64,000 nt of DNA from Candidatus Babelota bacterium (GCA_003511165.1 DOJW01000004.1:4015-68014), one strand, 5' to 3'; positions 18,576-28,922 are shown, counted from the stretch's first letter. Program-made: numbers and translations. Notes: a model not told the origin generated them from the letters alone.

Positions 18576-19465
18576 TCTTCTATTCTCATGCTGAAGCGAT
18601 TTTTAAATATTTTTTTTGAAATTAAAACAAATACATAAACAAATAAAAAAAACAAAAGTAAGAACAAAATACCTGCTGATGCAAATGCAAATCCAGTTTC
18701 CCACTCTCGCAAAAGCAAAAATTTATCAACAATCACCGTTCCCCAAAAAGCTTTTTTTGCTCCACCCAGTAGCGCTGGGACAGCGAATTCACCAAAAGCA
18801 GGAACAAATACAAGTAAAAAACCTGTATACATACCAGGAAGTGAAAGAGGAAATATAACTCTTCTAAAAGTAACAAATTTACTTGCGCCAAGATCTGCAG
18901 ACGCTTCAAATAATTTTCTATCAGTTTTTTCTAAAATTATATAAATAGGCAAAATCATAAATGGCAAAAAACAGTAAATCATACCAAGCAAAACAGAAAA
19001 AGTATTATTAACCATATGAAGTGGCTGTGAAATAATATTCAAAGAATACAAAACTCTACTTATCAATCCCCTTTTTTCAAGTAAAAAAAACCATGCATAA
19101 ACTTCCACAATAATATTTGTCCATGAAGGAAGAACTAGTAAAAAAAGAAAAAACATTTTTAATCTTCTTACTCGAAAAGCCAGAAAATAAGCAACAGGAT
19201 ACGCTATAAACATACAAATCACAGCGGTTGCAAACGCTAGATAAAAAGAATTGAAAACAACGTGTAAATAAATAGGTTTTAATATTCTTTCATAATGAGA
19301 AAACGTCCATCCGATAAATCCATAACTTTCTGAATAATCTCTAAAACTAAAAATGAAAATAACTAAAAGAGGAATATACAAAAAGAAAATCTGCCATATA
19401 ATGGCAGGAAATGCTAACAGATAAGGATACTCCTCTTGGAGAATTCTTTTTAAAAAGCCCATCAT
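18572..19465 (-). CDS. potB: Spermidine/putrescine ABC transporter permease
   Basis: 297 aa. EASADLGASKFVTFRRVIFPL loop. Confidence 0.8.
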   Translation of the reverse strand: MMGFLKRILQEEYPYLLAFPAIIWQIFFLYIPLLVIFIFSFRDYSESYGFIGWTFSHYERILKPIYLHVVFNSFYLAFATAVICMFIAYPVAYFLAFRVRRLKMFFLFLLVLPSWTNIIVEVYAWFFLLEKRGLISRVLYSLNIISQPLHMVNNTFSVLLGMIYCFLPFMILPIYIILEKTDRKLFEASADLGASKFVTFRRVIFPLSLPGMYTGFLLVFVPAFGEFAVPALLGGAKKAFWGTVIVDKFLLLREWETGFAFASAGILFLLLFFLFVYVFVLISKKIFKNRFSMRIEE

Positions 19466-20553
19466 CTCTCCAACAAAATAACGTTTTCTTTTTGAAAATA
19501 TAAATGAACTTTATCATTTGCAAGAATATCTTCTTGAGGAAAATGTTCTTCATTCTGTTCAAAAACTGTTAATAGTTTTCCATTCTTAAGACGCACCTGA
19601 TATTGAGTAAATCTACCCTGATAAACAACGTTAATAACTTTTCCTGTTAAATGATTAGAAAATCCTTCTTTTTCTTTCTTGCTTATCAATATTTTTTCAG
19701 GACGCAAACTTAAAAATATTCTTCTACCAGAAATAAACCAACTTTTTTTATTTGGAACATCCAAAAATAGACTTCCTAAATTTTCTACCTCAAGCCATAC
19801 AAGATTATCTCTAACATGAAGAATCCCTTCAATAATATTAGTATTGCCTACAAATGTTGCAACAAATCGCGAAGCAGGAAACTCATAAATTTCTTTTGGC
19901 GTTCCAATTTGCTCAATTCTTCCATTTTTATTAAAAATTGCAATGCCATCAGCAACTGTTAAAGCTTCTGATTGATCATGTGTTACATAAATAAATGTTG
20001 TTCCAAAATTATGTTGCAAATCTAACAATTCAATAAGCATTTGCTCTCTTAGATTGAAATCAAGAGCGGCAAGAGGTTCATCTAAAAGCAAAACATCCGG
20101 CTCATTAACGATAGCCCTTGCAAGAGCAACTCGTTGCTGTTGCCCACCAGATAAATTATTAATATTTTTGAATTCATGACCCGCAAGACGAACAAGCGAA
20201 AGCGTATGCATTACTTTGCTTTTAATATCCGATTCTTTCATTTTTTTTACACGCAAACCATATGCAACGTTTTCAAAAACAGAAAGATGTGGAAATAATG
20301 CATATTGTTGAAAAACTGTATTTACTCGCCTTTTAAAAATAGGTTGATTGGTAATATCTTCATCACCTAAATAAATTTTGCCACTATCTACAGGTTCAAA
20401 TCCACCAATTAATCGAAGCAATGTAGTTTTGCCGCACCCGCTGGGACCGAGCAAAGAAAAAAATTTCCCTGAAGGAATTTCCAGATTTAAATTGTCTAGT
20501 ATTAAATCGCCATGGAATGATTTTGAAACATTTTCTATTCTAATTTTTTTCAT
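19462..20553 (-). CDS. potA: Spermidine/putrescine ABC transporter ATPase
   Basis: Walker A GPSGCGKTT, signature LSGGQQQRVALARA, Walker B LLLDEP. ATG at 20553 preferred; the track start at 20562 is TTG. Confidence 0.88.
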   Translation of the reverse strand: MKKIRIENVSKSFHGDLILDNLNLEIPSGKFFSLLGPSGCGKTTLLRLIGGFEPVDSGKIYLGDEDITNQPIFKRRVNTVFQQYALFPHLSVFENVAYGLRVKKMKESDIKSKVMHTLSLVRLAGHEFKNINNLSGGQQQRVALARAIVNEPDVLLLDEPLAALDFNLREQMLIELLDLQHNFGTTFIYVTHDQSEALTVADGIAIFNKNGRIEQIGTPKEIYEFPASRFVATFVGNTNIIEGILHVRDNLVWLEVENLGSLFLDVPNKKSWFISGRRIFLSLRPEKILISKKEKEGFSNHLTGKVINVVYQGRFTQYQVRLKNGKLLTVFEQNEEHFPQEDILANDKVHLYFQKENVILLER

Positions 20554-20584
20554 AGTATCCAAAATAAATCCTTGCCCTATTTAA

Positions 20585-21328
20585 TTAATTTTTCTTCATT
20601 TTTTTCGCGAACATTGCCGGTAAAACCAAATCCGCAATTGTACATGGTATCAATACAGCAAATATTAAATAAACAAATACGAAACTAATATATTTTCCCC
20701 AGTCAGAAAAACCATAACTAACTAGATATAAAATTGACGCCATTGCGCTTATAAATATATGCAAAAAATGTGAACCTTTTGAATAAAAAATTTTCAAAGT
20801 ACCAAAATGTCTGCTTAAAACATAACCATTTATTATTCCAATAACTAAAAAAGGTAAAACCACATCCAAGTGCGAAATAAAACACCAATGAAATTTCATA
20901 TCAATTCCAAGATATGTTCCACCTAAATAAGGAAGTAAAGAATCAGACATGGTACAAAAAACCGCTGGAATTAAAATACCAGCTAACAGTCCCCCAAAAA
21001 TGCTCACTGAATACCTAGTAAAAGTCAAAATCACACCGGTAGCGGAAAAAACAATATGTAAAAAGTGAAAATTATGAAAAAGCTTATGCGCAGTTAAATT
21101 TGAAATAGGAATAGAAGTTAATAGACCCAAAATGATCATACTAATCGAAACGGAAAATACTGCATATGGAAAATGGCAAGCAATTTCTGATCTAAGAGAA
21201 TGGTGCAAATGCTGACCATCTGGATGCATACTACAAGTATGGGTAGAACAGGATTTTATATCTTTAGTCGCTACTTTCTTGCTCGAACCCCTCATCCAAA
21301 AATCTTTAAACTTTTTCAAATTATTCAA
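20585..21328 (-). CDS. His-rich polytopic membrane protein (possible metal-ion transporter; function uncertain)
   Basis: 247 aa, about 6 TM. Motifs MHPDGQHLHH, HNFHFLH, SHFLH. Lies 22 bp upstream of potA on the same strand. Confidence 0.6.
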   Translation of the reverse strand: MNNLKKFKDFWMRGSSKKVATKDIKSCSTHTCSMHPDGQHLHHSLRSEIACHFPYAVFSVSISMIILGLLTSIPISNLTAHKLFHNFHFLHIVFSATGVILTFTRYSVSIFGGLLAGILIPAVFCTMSDSLLPYLGGTYLGIDMKFHWCFISHLDVVLPFLVIGIINGYVLSRHFGTLKIFYSKGSHFLHIFISAMASILYLVSYGFSDWGKYISFVFVYLIFAVLIPCTIADLVLPAMFAKKMKKN

Positions 21329-21442
21329 TCCCCTATCCGAAGAAATTTAAAACTCAAACAAAACATTATACTTTAATAGCAAATATCGCAAATAAACACC
21401 AATTTTAACGCAAAAAAACAAAAATTTAAATAGTTCCCAAAC

Positions 21443-21471
21443 TTGATATTATCCAACTTATCTTGTAATAT
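21443..21471 (+). promoter_or_regulatory. Sigma70-type promoter for tRNA-Glu
   Basis: TTGATA (21443-21448), 17 nt spacer, TAATAT (21466-21471). The tRNA 5' end is 15 nt downstream. Confidence 0.55.
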
Positions 21472-21485
21472 TCTTAACATGTTTT

Positions 21486-21560
21486 GGCCCCATCGTCTAA
21501 CGGTTAGGACATTGCCCTCTCACGGCAGAAATAGGGGTTCGATTCCCCTTGGGGCTACCA
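21486..21560 (+). tRNA. tRNA-Glu, anticodon CUC, CCA encoded
   Basis: Folded by hand. 7-bp acceptor stem (G1:U71 wobble), D stem GTCT/GGAC, anticodon stem TTGCC/GGCAG, loop CT-CTC-AC, 4-nt variable loop, T arm AGGGG-TTCGATT-CCCCT. Backbone is very similar to the E. coli tRNA-Glu I recall. Confidence 0.9.
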
Positions 21561-21591
21561 AAATAATCGAAACACTGTTTGAAAGGCTTTA

Positions 21592-22845
21592 ATGATAATA
21601 TTAATATCATCTATTTTCAGCCTCTCAGTTTTTTTAATTTTCTTACTAAAAAAATATCAAACCCTTTGCAAAATCGAATTTGTGCAAATTTCTAACTCTC
21701 GAAACAAAAAAACTCTTAATCCCCAAAAACCAAATATCTTAGTCATTTGCTCCGAAATCGGTTTTGGAGGTCGAGAAGTTGCAACGATTAACCTCTACAA
21801 CAATTTGATTGAAAACGGATTTAAAACATCAATTTTGGTATCGCAAAACAGCGGAATGCAGCAACAACTAAAAAATCTTAAGATCGCACACTATTCTATT
21901 TTCTCAAAAAGAATTTTTAAAAAACAACGATTTTGGGGACTTACAAAAAACATCCTAAAGGTTTGCAATGAAAATGATATAAATATTATTCATTGCAACT
22001 CTTGGAAAGAGATAATTGCAGCTAAAAAAGCTGGTAAAAAATTAAATATCCCGGTGCTTTTATCTCAGCATGATTTTAGTAGAATCAGGCCTAAGTACCT
22101 AAAAAATTTGGCGGCTGTTTTTGCCGGAAGCAAGCCAATAAAAGAACTAATTAAACAAAGAGTAAAAAATATAAAAATAGTCGAATTTTTGCCTCCATTT
22201 TTCAATGCTCAACCTTTTTTAAACTTTGATAAATCGTTATCACTTTCAAAAGAAGATTTCTTCAAAAAACATTTCGATATTGAATTAGAACCGAATATCC
22301 CTTTTGCAGTTTGTATCGCAAATGTAGCAAAAAACAAAAATCAAACTATTTTGCTAAAAGCTATGCAAAAACTTATTTATAAAAACAATAAACCATTGCA
22401 AATTATCTTTGTGGGAAACAATAAAGGTGAATATTTTGAAGAATGTCAAAAACTTGTTTCTGCTTTAAAACTTGAAAAATTTGCTTATTTTGTTGGGTTT
22501 TCCAGCTTAACTGCAGAAATTTTGTTTTATTCTGATTTTAAAATTTTACCAAGCAAGCAGGAAGCGTTTGGAATCGTTTTATTAGAAGCCGCGCTTATGA
22601 AAAAAGCATCCATTGGAGCAACTACCACTGGCGCTGAAAATGTAATTCTAAATAATCAAACAGGATTATTATTTGAAAATGATAATGCAAACGACCTTGC
22701 AAACAAAATTAAACTTTTTTTAGACAATAAAGAATTAGTAGCAAAATTCGGTGAAAATGCTTATAAACTTGTATCCGAAAACTATTTACCTTCTATCACA
22801 ATAAAAAAATTGGAACATTCTTATAATCAAATTATTCAAAAATAA
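21592..22845 (+). CDS. Glycosyltransferase, GT-B fold (group 1 / GT4-like), N-terminal TM helix
   Basis: 417 aa. C-terminal PSKQEAFGIVLLEAALMKKASIG...TGLLFE (E-x7-E region). Confidence 0.8.
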   Translation: MIILISSIFSLSVFLIFLLKKYQTLCKIEFVQISNSRNKKTLNPQKPNILVICSEIGFGGREVATINLYNNLIENGFKTSILVSQNSGMQQQLKNLKIAHYSIFSKRIFKKQRFWGLTKNILKVCNENDINIIHCNSWKEIIAAKKAGKKLNIPVLLSQHDFSRIRPKYLKNLAAVFAGSKPIKELIKQRVKNIKIVEFLPPFFNAQPFLNFDKSLSLSKEDFFKKHFDIELEPNIPFAVCIANVAKNKNQTILLKAMQKLIYKNNKPLQIIFVGNNKGEYFEECQKLVSALKLEKFAYFVGFSSLTAEILFYSDFKILPSKQEAFGIVLLEAALMKKASIGATTTGAENVILNNQTGLLFENDNANDLANKIKLFLDNKELVAKFGENAYKLVSENYLPSITIKKLEHSYNQIIQK

Positions 22846-22862
22846 CTTTCAAAATGAGCAAT

Positions 22863-22893
22863 AAAAAAGGGCACTTTTTCAAGTGCCCTTTTT
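22863..22893. terminator. Bidirectional terminator between the glycosyltransferase gene and rplQ
   Basis: GGGCACTT-TTTC-AAGTGCCC hairpin with a flanking A-run and T-run. Confidence 0.85.
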
Positions 22894-22907
22894 ACTTTGT
22901 ATTTTAT

Positions 22908-23264
22908 TTATACCCACTCAAGTCTTGCAACAAAAGCTGTATCGCTAGATCTTCTTCCCAAAGGAATCACCCTTGTATATCCACCTGGACGGTCAACATA
23001 TTTAGGAGCTATTTCTTTTATAAGTTTTTCTACAGCTTTATTGTCATAAGGTAAATGTTTTTTAATACGCCTTATTGTATTAAAATTCCAACCTTCTCTT
23101 GCAATTGTTATAAGCTTTTCAGAAACACTTCTAACTTCTGCAATTCTAGGTTTTGTAGTCTGTAAGCAACCATAATTTATAAAATGTATAATTTGGTTTC
23201 TTATCATTGCCTTCCGATGAGAAGGCTTTACGTTAAGCTTTCTTCTTCCATATTGATGATTCAT
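22908..23264 (-). CDS. rplQ: 50S ribosomal protein L17
   Basis: 118 aa. GRRKLNVKPSHRKAM..TT..RA.E.R typical of bL17. Follows rpoA. Confidence 0.93.
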   Translation of the reverse strand: MNHQYGRRKLNVKPSHRKAMIRNQIIHFINYGCLQTTKPRIAEVRSVSEKLITIAREGWNFNTIRRIKKHLPYDNKAVEKLIKEIAPKYVDRPGGYTRVIPLGRRSSDTAFVARLEWV

Positions 23265-24319
23265 GACTTTAATGCACCTTCTTGTTCTTTAATAACTTTT
23301 TTCAAATCCAACTCTTTTACATTCATTCCAAGACCCAAGTTGAATGCTTTAAGAATTTCTCTTACTTCTTTTAGAGACTTTCTTCCAAAGTTTTTAACTT
23401 TTAAAAGTTCTTCTTCTGTTAAATTTACTAAATCGATAACTCTTTTTACACCGGCACTTACAAGGCAGTTGTGAGCTCGAACAGAGAATTCAAGTTCTTC
23501 AATTGGTTTGAGAAATAATTCGACTGGAAGGCCTTTTGTTGGACTGTTTTGGACATCACCACTTACAACTTCTTCAACTTTTTCTTCTACTTTGGAGATT
23601 TCATTAAATTGAATCTCTGGAGCAGACAAGAAATGTTCTAATTGAGTTCTTAAAACAGATGTTGCGTAATAAACAGCATCTTGAGGAGAAATTACACCAT
23701 TTGATGAAACAGATAAAATTAATTTATCATAATCAATAGCTTGCCCAACACGTGTTTTTTCTACTTTGTATTCTACTCTTGATATTGGTGAGAATGCTGC
23801 ATCAAGATAAATTTTACCATCTTCTTGAATAGATTCACCAAGCGGCCATTGTGCTATTTGATATCCTCTTCCTGAATGAACAAAGAATTCGATATCCAAT
23901 TCACCGTCAACTGCTAAATGAGCTAAAACATGTTCTTTATTTAAAGGTTCAAGATGACTATCTGCCACAATATCTGCAACGGTTACAGCGCCTTCTCTTT
24001 TTACAGAAAGATGCATTTTACCAGGCAAACCTGTGTGATTTTTTATTACAACGCCTTTAATATTCAATAAAATATTTAAAACATCTTCAATCACACCATC
24101 GATAACAGAAAACTCATTATTTACGCCCTTAATTATCACTGCAGTTACCGCAGATCCTTCGATAGCAGCAAGCAAAGTTCTTCTCAGAGCATTTCCAAGC
24201 GTTGTTCCAAAGCCTGGCTCTAACGGTTGAACTACTAACTCACCATATGTATCTGAAGATTTTTTGGTATCCCATTTCAAAGTAGGCAAAGTCAACGCTT
24301 TATACGTTTTGTTTTGCAT
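23261..24319 (-). CDS. rpoA: DNA-directed RNA polymerase alpha subunit
   Basis: GTTLGNALRR, plus a C-terminal domain with LELSVRAHNCL-like ELEFSVRAHNCL. The MQNK start has a G-rich RBS; the track start is 24331. Confidence 0.93.
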   Translation of the reverse strand: MQNKTYKALTLPTLKWDTKKSSDTYGELVVQPLEPGFGTTLGNALRRTLLAAIEGSAVTAVIIKGVNNEFSVIDGVIEDVLNILLNIKGVVIKNHTGLPGKMHLSVKREGAVTVADIVADSHLEPLNKEHVLAHLAVDGELDIEFFVHSGRGYQIAQWPLGESIQEDGKIYLDAAFSPISRVEYKVEKTRVGQAIDYDKLILSVSSNGVISPQDAVYYATSVLRTQLEHFLSAPEIQFNEISKVEEKVEEVVSGDVQNSPTKGLPVELFLKPIEELEFSVRAHNCLVSAGVKRVIDLVNLTEEELLKVKNFGRKSLKEVREILKAFNLGLGMNVKELDLKKVIKEQEGALKS

Positions 24320-24396
24320 CCATACCCCCATATCAAAAAATTACTAACACAATTCTGCCTCTAAAAAAGAAGTAAAAACTTCTTTTAATTTCAATA

Positions 24397-25014
24397 TTAC
24401 TTAGAATACAATTCAACAATTAAGTGTTCTTCGATCTTATCTTTAATATCATCGCGAACAGGATCTCTTAGAACAGTTCCTTTATGATCTTTTTTGTTTA
24501 ATTCAAGCCAGTCTGGAACTTTTATAGCAAGAGCCATTCTTTTTTCGATAACATTTTTGACAAAAGCTTCTTTTGCAAGAGAACTTCCTGTTAATGAAAT
24601 AACATCGCCAACTTTTACTAAGCAAGAAGGAGATTTTACTCTTTTGCCATTTACTAAAACATGTCCATGAACAACTAATTGTCGTGATTGATTTCTTGAT
24701 GTTGTCATTTTCAATCTATAAACAACATTATCAATTCGTCTTTCCAAATAAGAAAGCAATGTTTCTCCGGTAACACCTTTATGCTTTGATGCCATCTCAA
24801 AAAATTTATGGAATTGACGTTCTCTTAGTCCATAAATAAGTCGCAATCTTTGTTTTTCACGAAGCTGAACACCATACTCTGAAAGCTTCTTTGTGCCAAT
24901 TTTTCTTCCATGCTCTCCTGGAGAAGTTGGTCTGCGCTCTAGAACTCTGCAACCAACCTTTGGGCAGATTTCTAACTGGCGAAATTTTTTATAAAATGAA
25001 GTCTTGATTCCCAT
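24397..25014 (-). CDS. rpsD: 30S ribosomal protein S4
   Basis: 205 aa. YGVQLREKQ, S4 domain RLD..VYRL. Confidence 0.93.
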   Translation of the reverse strand: MGIKTSFYKKFRQLEICPKVGCRVLERRPTSPGEHGRKIGTKKLSEYGVQLREKQRLRLIYGLRERQFHKFFEMASKHKGVTGETLLSYLERRIDNVVYRLKMTTSRNQSRQLVVHGHVLVNGKRVKSPSCLVKVGDVISLTGSSLAKEAFVKNVIEKRMALAIKVPDWLELNKKDHKGTVLRDPVRDDIKDKIEEHLIVELYSK

Positions 25015-25062
25015 ATCAATCCTGTATTTAAAATTAAGTTGTTTCTATTAAAATACTTTAAA

Positions 25063-25446
25063 TTATACTCTACGTTTCTTTGGAGGTCTGCAACCATTGT
25101 GAGGCAATGGAGTTACATCTCTCAAAACTGTTACTGCTAATCCTGTAGATTGCAATGCTCTTACAACAGCATCTCTTCCAGATCCAGGACCTTGCATATT
25201 AACTTCAACAGTTCTAACGCCTAAATCAACTAAATCTTTTGCAACTTTATTAGCAATTTGAGTAGCCGCAAAAGGAGTTCCTTTTCTGGCACCCTTAAAA
25301 CTTAGCTGGCCTGCGCTTGCTCGTGTTATAACGTCACCACTCATAGTCGTTGCTGAAACTAGTGTATTATTGAAAGTAGCTTTAACATGTACTAAAGCCA
25401 TCTCAACTTTTAACGCTTTATTTTTAGTCTTCTTTTTATATGCCAT
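25063..25446 (-). CDS. rpsK: 30S ribosomal protein S11
   Basis: 127 aa. HV.ATFNNT, GFKG.RK.TPFAA. Confidence 0.93.
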   Translation of the reverse strand: MAYKKKTKNKALKVEMALVHVKATFNNTLVSATTMSGDVITRASAGQLSFKGARKGTPFAATQIANKVAKDLVDLGVRTVEVNMQGPGSGRDAVVRALQSTGLAVTVLRDVTPLPHNGCRPPKKRRV

Positions 25447-25479
25447 AATAACTTTCCGTTACTTTAAACATTCTAACTT

Positions 25480-25869
25480 TTATTTCTTAGTTGGAGCTTT
25501 TTTAAGAGCAACTGCTGATCCAGCTTTTCTTGGACCTTTTCTTGTTCTTGCATTTGTTTTCGTTCTTTGGCCTCTAACTGGAAGCGATTTTTTATGTCTA
25601 TGTCCCCGATAAGATCCAATTTCTTGAAGTCGTTTAATATTCAAAGTGATCTCTTTTTTCAAATCACCACCAATAGTATAATCATTGGTTATTTTTCTTT
25701 GAATAATAGAAGCCTCTTCATCCGTCAAATCGTAAACTCTTTTATCTGGATTTACGCCGGTTTCTTTTAAGATATCTTTAGACAACTTTAAACCTATTCC
25801 ATAAATATAAGTCAAAGCAACTTCTATTCTTTTATCTTTAGGGAGATATATACCTGATATACGAGCCAT
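25480..25869 (-). CDS. rpsM: 30S ribosomal protein S13
   Basis: The MARISG start has a [27 protein letters not shown]. Confidence 0.93.
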   Translation of the reverse strand: MARISGIYLPKDKRIEVALTYIYGIGLKLSKDILKETGVNPDKRVYDLTDEEASIIQRKITNDYTIGGDLKKEITLNIKRLQEIGSYRGHRHKKSLPVRGQRTKTNARTRKGPRKAGSAVALKKAPTKK

Positions 25870-25924
25870 TAACTCCTCCAACCCAATACTTTAATTGAAT
25901 TCATAAATAAAAAACCTTTATCTC

Positions 25925-26041
25925 TTAACCTTGTCGTTGTTTATGTCTAGGATTTTTCTTACAAATAACCCTAACAACACCGTTTCTTTTCACAATTTTA
26001 CAATCTGCGCACATTTTCTTTATTGATGTTCTTACTTTCAT
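25925..26041 (-). CDS. rpmJ: 50S ribosomal protein L36 (Zn-binding C-C-C-H form)
   Basis: Not in the ORF track (38 aa). My translation: [38 protein letters not shown]. Canonical position between infA and rpsM. Confidence 0.9.
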   Translation of the reverse strand: MKVRTSIKKMCADCKIVKRNGVVRVICKKNPRHKQRQG

Positions 26042-26113
26042 ATGTCTTTCCCAAAACGCTAAATAAATAAAAAATTACAAAATTTAATTAAAAAAACATG
26101 AAATTTTTAATTT

Positions 26114-26371
26114 TTACAGATTTTCAATGTTTTCAATTTGCTTATTTTTACTGAGTCTTGATACTATTCTGCCCTTAGTCAGGTCATAAGTTGAAATTTC
26201 AATTAAAACTTTGTCCCCTTCAACAAGTTTTATGTAGTTCATTCGCATTTTACCTGAAATATGAGCCAAAACCAAATGCCCGTTTTCTAATTTTACCCGA
26301 AATTTTGCATTAGGCAACGTTTCTTCTACAATACCTTCAACTTTTATTATATCTTCCTTAGTTTTCATCAT
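26114..26371 (-). CDS. infA: Translation initiation factor IF-1
   Basis: 85 aa. S1-like fold: [28 protein letters not shown]. Confidence 0.92.
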   Translation of the reverse strand: MMKTKEDIIKVEGIVEETLPNAKFRVKLENGHLVLAHISGKMRMNYIKLVEGDKVLIEISTYDLTKGRIVSRLSKNKQIENIENL

Positions 26372-26391
26372 AAACTAATTATTCCTTTGTT

Positions 26392-27144
26392 TTATAAACG
26401 GGTAAGAATTTCCGGTCCACTTTCAGTAACCAAAATAGTATCTTCAACATGCCCCGCCAGCCCCCCATCTAAAGTTTTCACAGTCCATCCATCAGATTCT
26501 ATAAAAATTTCATAACCTTTTTCTGTAATCATAGGCTCAATTGCAAATGTCATTCCAGGTCTTAAAACAGTATCACTATTCCCCTTTTGATAAAAATTAG
26601 GAATTTCAGGCAACTCATGAATATTTTTTCCAATCCCATGACCTGCAAAATTGCGAACTATTTCAAAACCTTCATCTTTAACTATCTTTTCAATTGTTTT
26701 AGAAATATCTGAAACTTTTTTTCCGATTTGAACTTCTAAAATTCCACTGTCTAATGCTTTTTGAGATATTTCTACTATTTTTTTTACAGATTCTGACACA
26801 TTTCCTACGAAATATGATCTTGTAAGATCTGCACAATAATTTTTATAAGCCCCAACTACATCAATTTTTATCAAATCTCCAGTTTTTAAAATGATATTTT
26901 TTGAAGGAACCCCATGAATCACAACATCATTAATTGAAATACATGTTGCGTGTTTATAACCAGCATATCCCTTACAAACAGGTTTTAAACCAACTTCATG
27001 CATGTTCTTTTCTATAAAAAAATCTATTTCAAAACTATCGATTCCTGGTTCTATGATAATTTTTACTTTTTCCATAATTTCAGCAAGCAACTTACCAGCT
27101 GTTCGCATTTTATCAATCGCTTGCTTATTCTTTATAACTATCAT
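26392..27144 (-). CDS. map: Methionine aminopeptidase type I
   Basis: 250 aa. HG.PS...L..GD.I.IDV, GHGIG, EPM motifs. Confidence 0.92.
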   Translation of the reverse strand: MIVIKNKQAIDKMRTAGKLLAEIMEKVKIIIEPGIDSFEIDFFIEKNMHEVGLKPVCKGYAGYKHATCISINDVVIHGVPSKNIILKTGDLIKIDVVGAYKNYCADLTRSYFVGNVSESVKKIVEISQKALDSGILEVQIGKKVSDISKTIEKIVKDEGFEIVRNFAGHGIGKNIHELPEIPNFYQKGNSDTVLRPGMTFAIEPMITEKGYEIFIESDGWTVKTLDGGLAGHVEDTILVTESGPEILTRL

Positions 27145-27163
27145 ACAACCTTATATCTAAAAT

Positions 27164-28474
27164 TTATCTTCCGTAGCGAGTTCTTAATCTTCCAGTTGAT
27201 AAAAATCCTTCATATCGCCTTTCTATCAAATATGATTCAACTTGAGCTGATGTATCCATTGCAACGCCAACTGTAATTAATAAACCGGTTCCACCAAATA
27301 ATGCTGGAAAATGAAAAATAGCCGCTAAAATATCCGGCAATATTACTAAAGTTGCTAAATAAATAGCACCTGGGAAGCAAACTCTTGTCAAAACATAATT
27401 AAAAAATTCAGCTGTTTTTCTTCCGGGTCTTATACCAGGAACAAAGCCACCCGATTTTTTCAAATTTTCAGACAATTCTTCTGGATTTATAATTACCGCA
27501 GTATAAAAATATGCAAAGAAAATAATTAAAAACACCATCAAAACATCGTAAATCAAACCACGTGGAGTTACCCATTCTGATAAACCTGAAAAAAATTGAA
27601 ACTTTTTTGCTAATAAATTAGAAAGCATCATTGGTAAAGTTATAATTGACCCTGCAAAAATAACTGGAATTACGTTTGCCGTGTTCAATCTAAATGGAAT
27701 ATAGGAGCTTTGCGCACTATATATTTTATTCCCGACAATTCTTCTTGCATATTGAACTGGAATTTTTCTTTCACCTTTTTCTAAGAAAATAACACATGCA
27801 GTAACTGCAATAGTAATTGCTATAAGCAACAATCCTAAAAGAGGTTCAAATTGTCCAAGTCTAATATCACTAATAACACGCCATATTGCCCCAGGAAGAT
27901 CGGCAACAATTCCACCGAAAATGATCATGGAACTTCCGTTTCCTATTCCATGAGCTCCTATTTGCTCTCCAAGCCACATGACAAATAATGCGCCAACAGA
28001 CATAACCAACATTCCTGTTAATCTAAAACTCCATCCTGGAGCTATAGCAAGATTTTGATTTTCTGCGTACAAAATAAGCCAAAAACTTTGTATCAAACTT
28101 AAAAGCAATGTTAAATATCTTGTATACTGATTAATTATTCTTCGACCATAATCACCTTCTTTATGAAGCGCTTCAAGCGATGGTACAACCATCGTTAAAA
28201 CTTGCATCATAATAGAAGCTGTGATGTAAGGCGAAATTCCCAATGCGAATATAGAAAATCTAGTTAAAGCTCCCCCTGAAATCAAATTCAAATACCCCAA
28301 AAAACCACTCGCTGCATTATTCATAAATTGGAGTAATCGAACTTCATCGATTCCAGGAATAGGTATATGTGCTCCAAATCGACATAAAGCCAATATCCCT
28401 AACGTAAAAAGTACTTTTTTTCTTAACTCAGAAACTAAAAAGACGTTTTTAAAGTTACGAAGCAGAACTACCAC
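27164..28474 (-). CDS. secY: Preprotein translocase subunit SecY
   Basis: 436 aa, 10 TM. GISPYITASI and GGFVPGIRPG motifs. Confidence 0.93.
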   Translation of the reverse strand: MVVLLRNFKNVFLVSELRKKVLFTLGILALCRFGAHIPIPGIDEVRLLQFMNNAASGFLGYLNLISGGALTRFSIFALGISPYITASIMMQVLTMVVPSLEALHKEGDYGRRIINQYTRYLTLLLSLIQSFWLILYAENQNLAIAPGWSFRLTGMLVMSVGALFVMWLGEQIGAHGIGNGSSMIIFGGIVADLPGAIWRVISDIRLGQFEPLLGLLLIAITIAVTACVIFLEKGERKIPVQYARRIVGNKIYSAQSSYIPFRLNTANVIPVIFAGSIITLPMMLSNLLAKKFQFFSGLSEWVTPRGLIYDVLMVFLIIFFAYFYTAVIINPEELSENLKKSGGFVPGIRPGRKTAEFFNYVLTRVCFPGAIYLATLVILPDILAAIFHFPALFGGTGLLITVGVAMDTSAQVESYLIERRYEGFLSTGRLRTRYGR

Positions 28475-28922
28475 TAGAATTCTCCTTAATTAAATTAACG
28501 GCACCGCCAGATTTTTCTATAGCTTCAATGGCCGACTTACTAAACATATCAGCATGAACAACTAATTTTTTAGAAAGGGTTCCCTTACCCAAAATTTTAA
28601 TTGCCATTGATTTTGATCGTCCCTTAACAAGCCCTTTTTCTGTCAGTGAAACTAGATTTACTATCTCTCCAGAATTAAATTTTAATTCTAAATCACAAAT
28701 GTTAACGCAACATACTTCCTTCTTAAAAGCATTAACAAAACCTCTTTTAGGCAATCTTCGTGAAATAGGCATTTGTCCACCCTCGAAGAAAGCTTTTACA
28801 TGTGCGCCAGATCTTGCTTTTTGACCTTTGTGACCTCTTGTGGAAGTACCACCCAAATCTCCACCTCGTCCTACTACTTTTCTATCTTTTTTTAATTTAT
28901 TTAACTTGTTCAACTGCATCAT
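28455..28922 (-). CDS. rplO: 50S ribosomal protein L15
   Basis: 155 aa. RKVVGRGG..GGT..RGHKGQK.RSG. Confidence 0.92.
   Translation of the reverse strand: MMQLNKLNKLKKDRKVVGRGGDLGGTSTRGHKGQKARSGAHVKAFFEGGQMPISRRLPKRGFVNAFKKEVCCVNICDLELKFNSGEIVNLVSLTEKGLVKGRSKSMAIKILGKGTLSKKLVVHADMFSKSAIEAIEKSGGAVNLIKENSSGSSAS

Noticed and set aside
28455-28922. Gene overlaps of 20-26 bp at secY/rplO and rplO/rpsE, considered as a possible frameshift or fusion.
   Set aside because: Both partners have complete, conserved N- and C-termini. The overlaps are explained by alternative downstream starts or compact operon structure.
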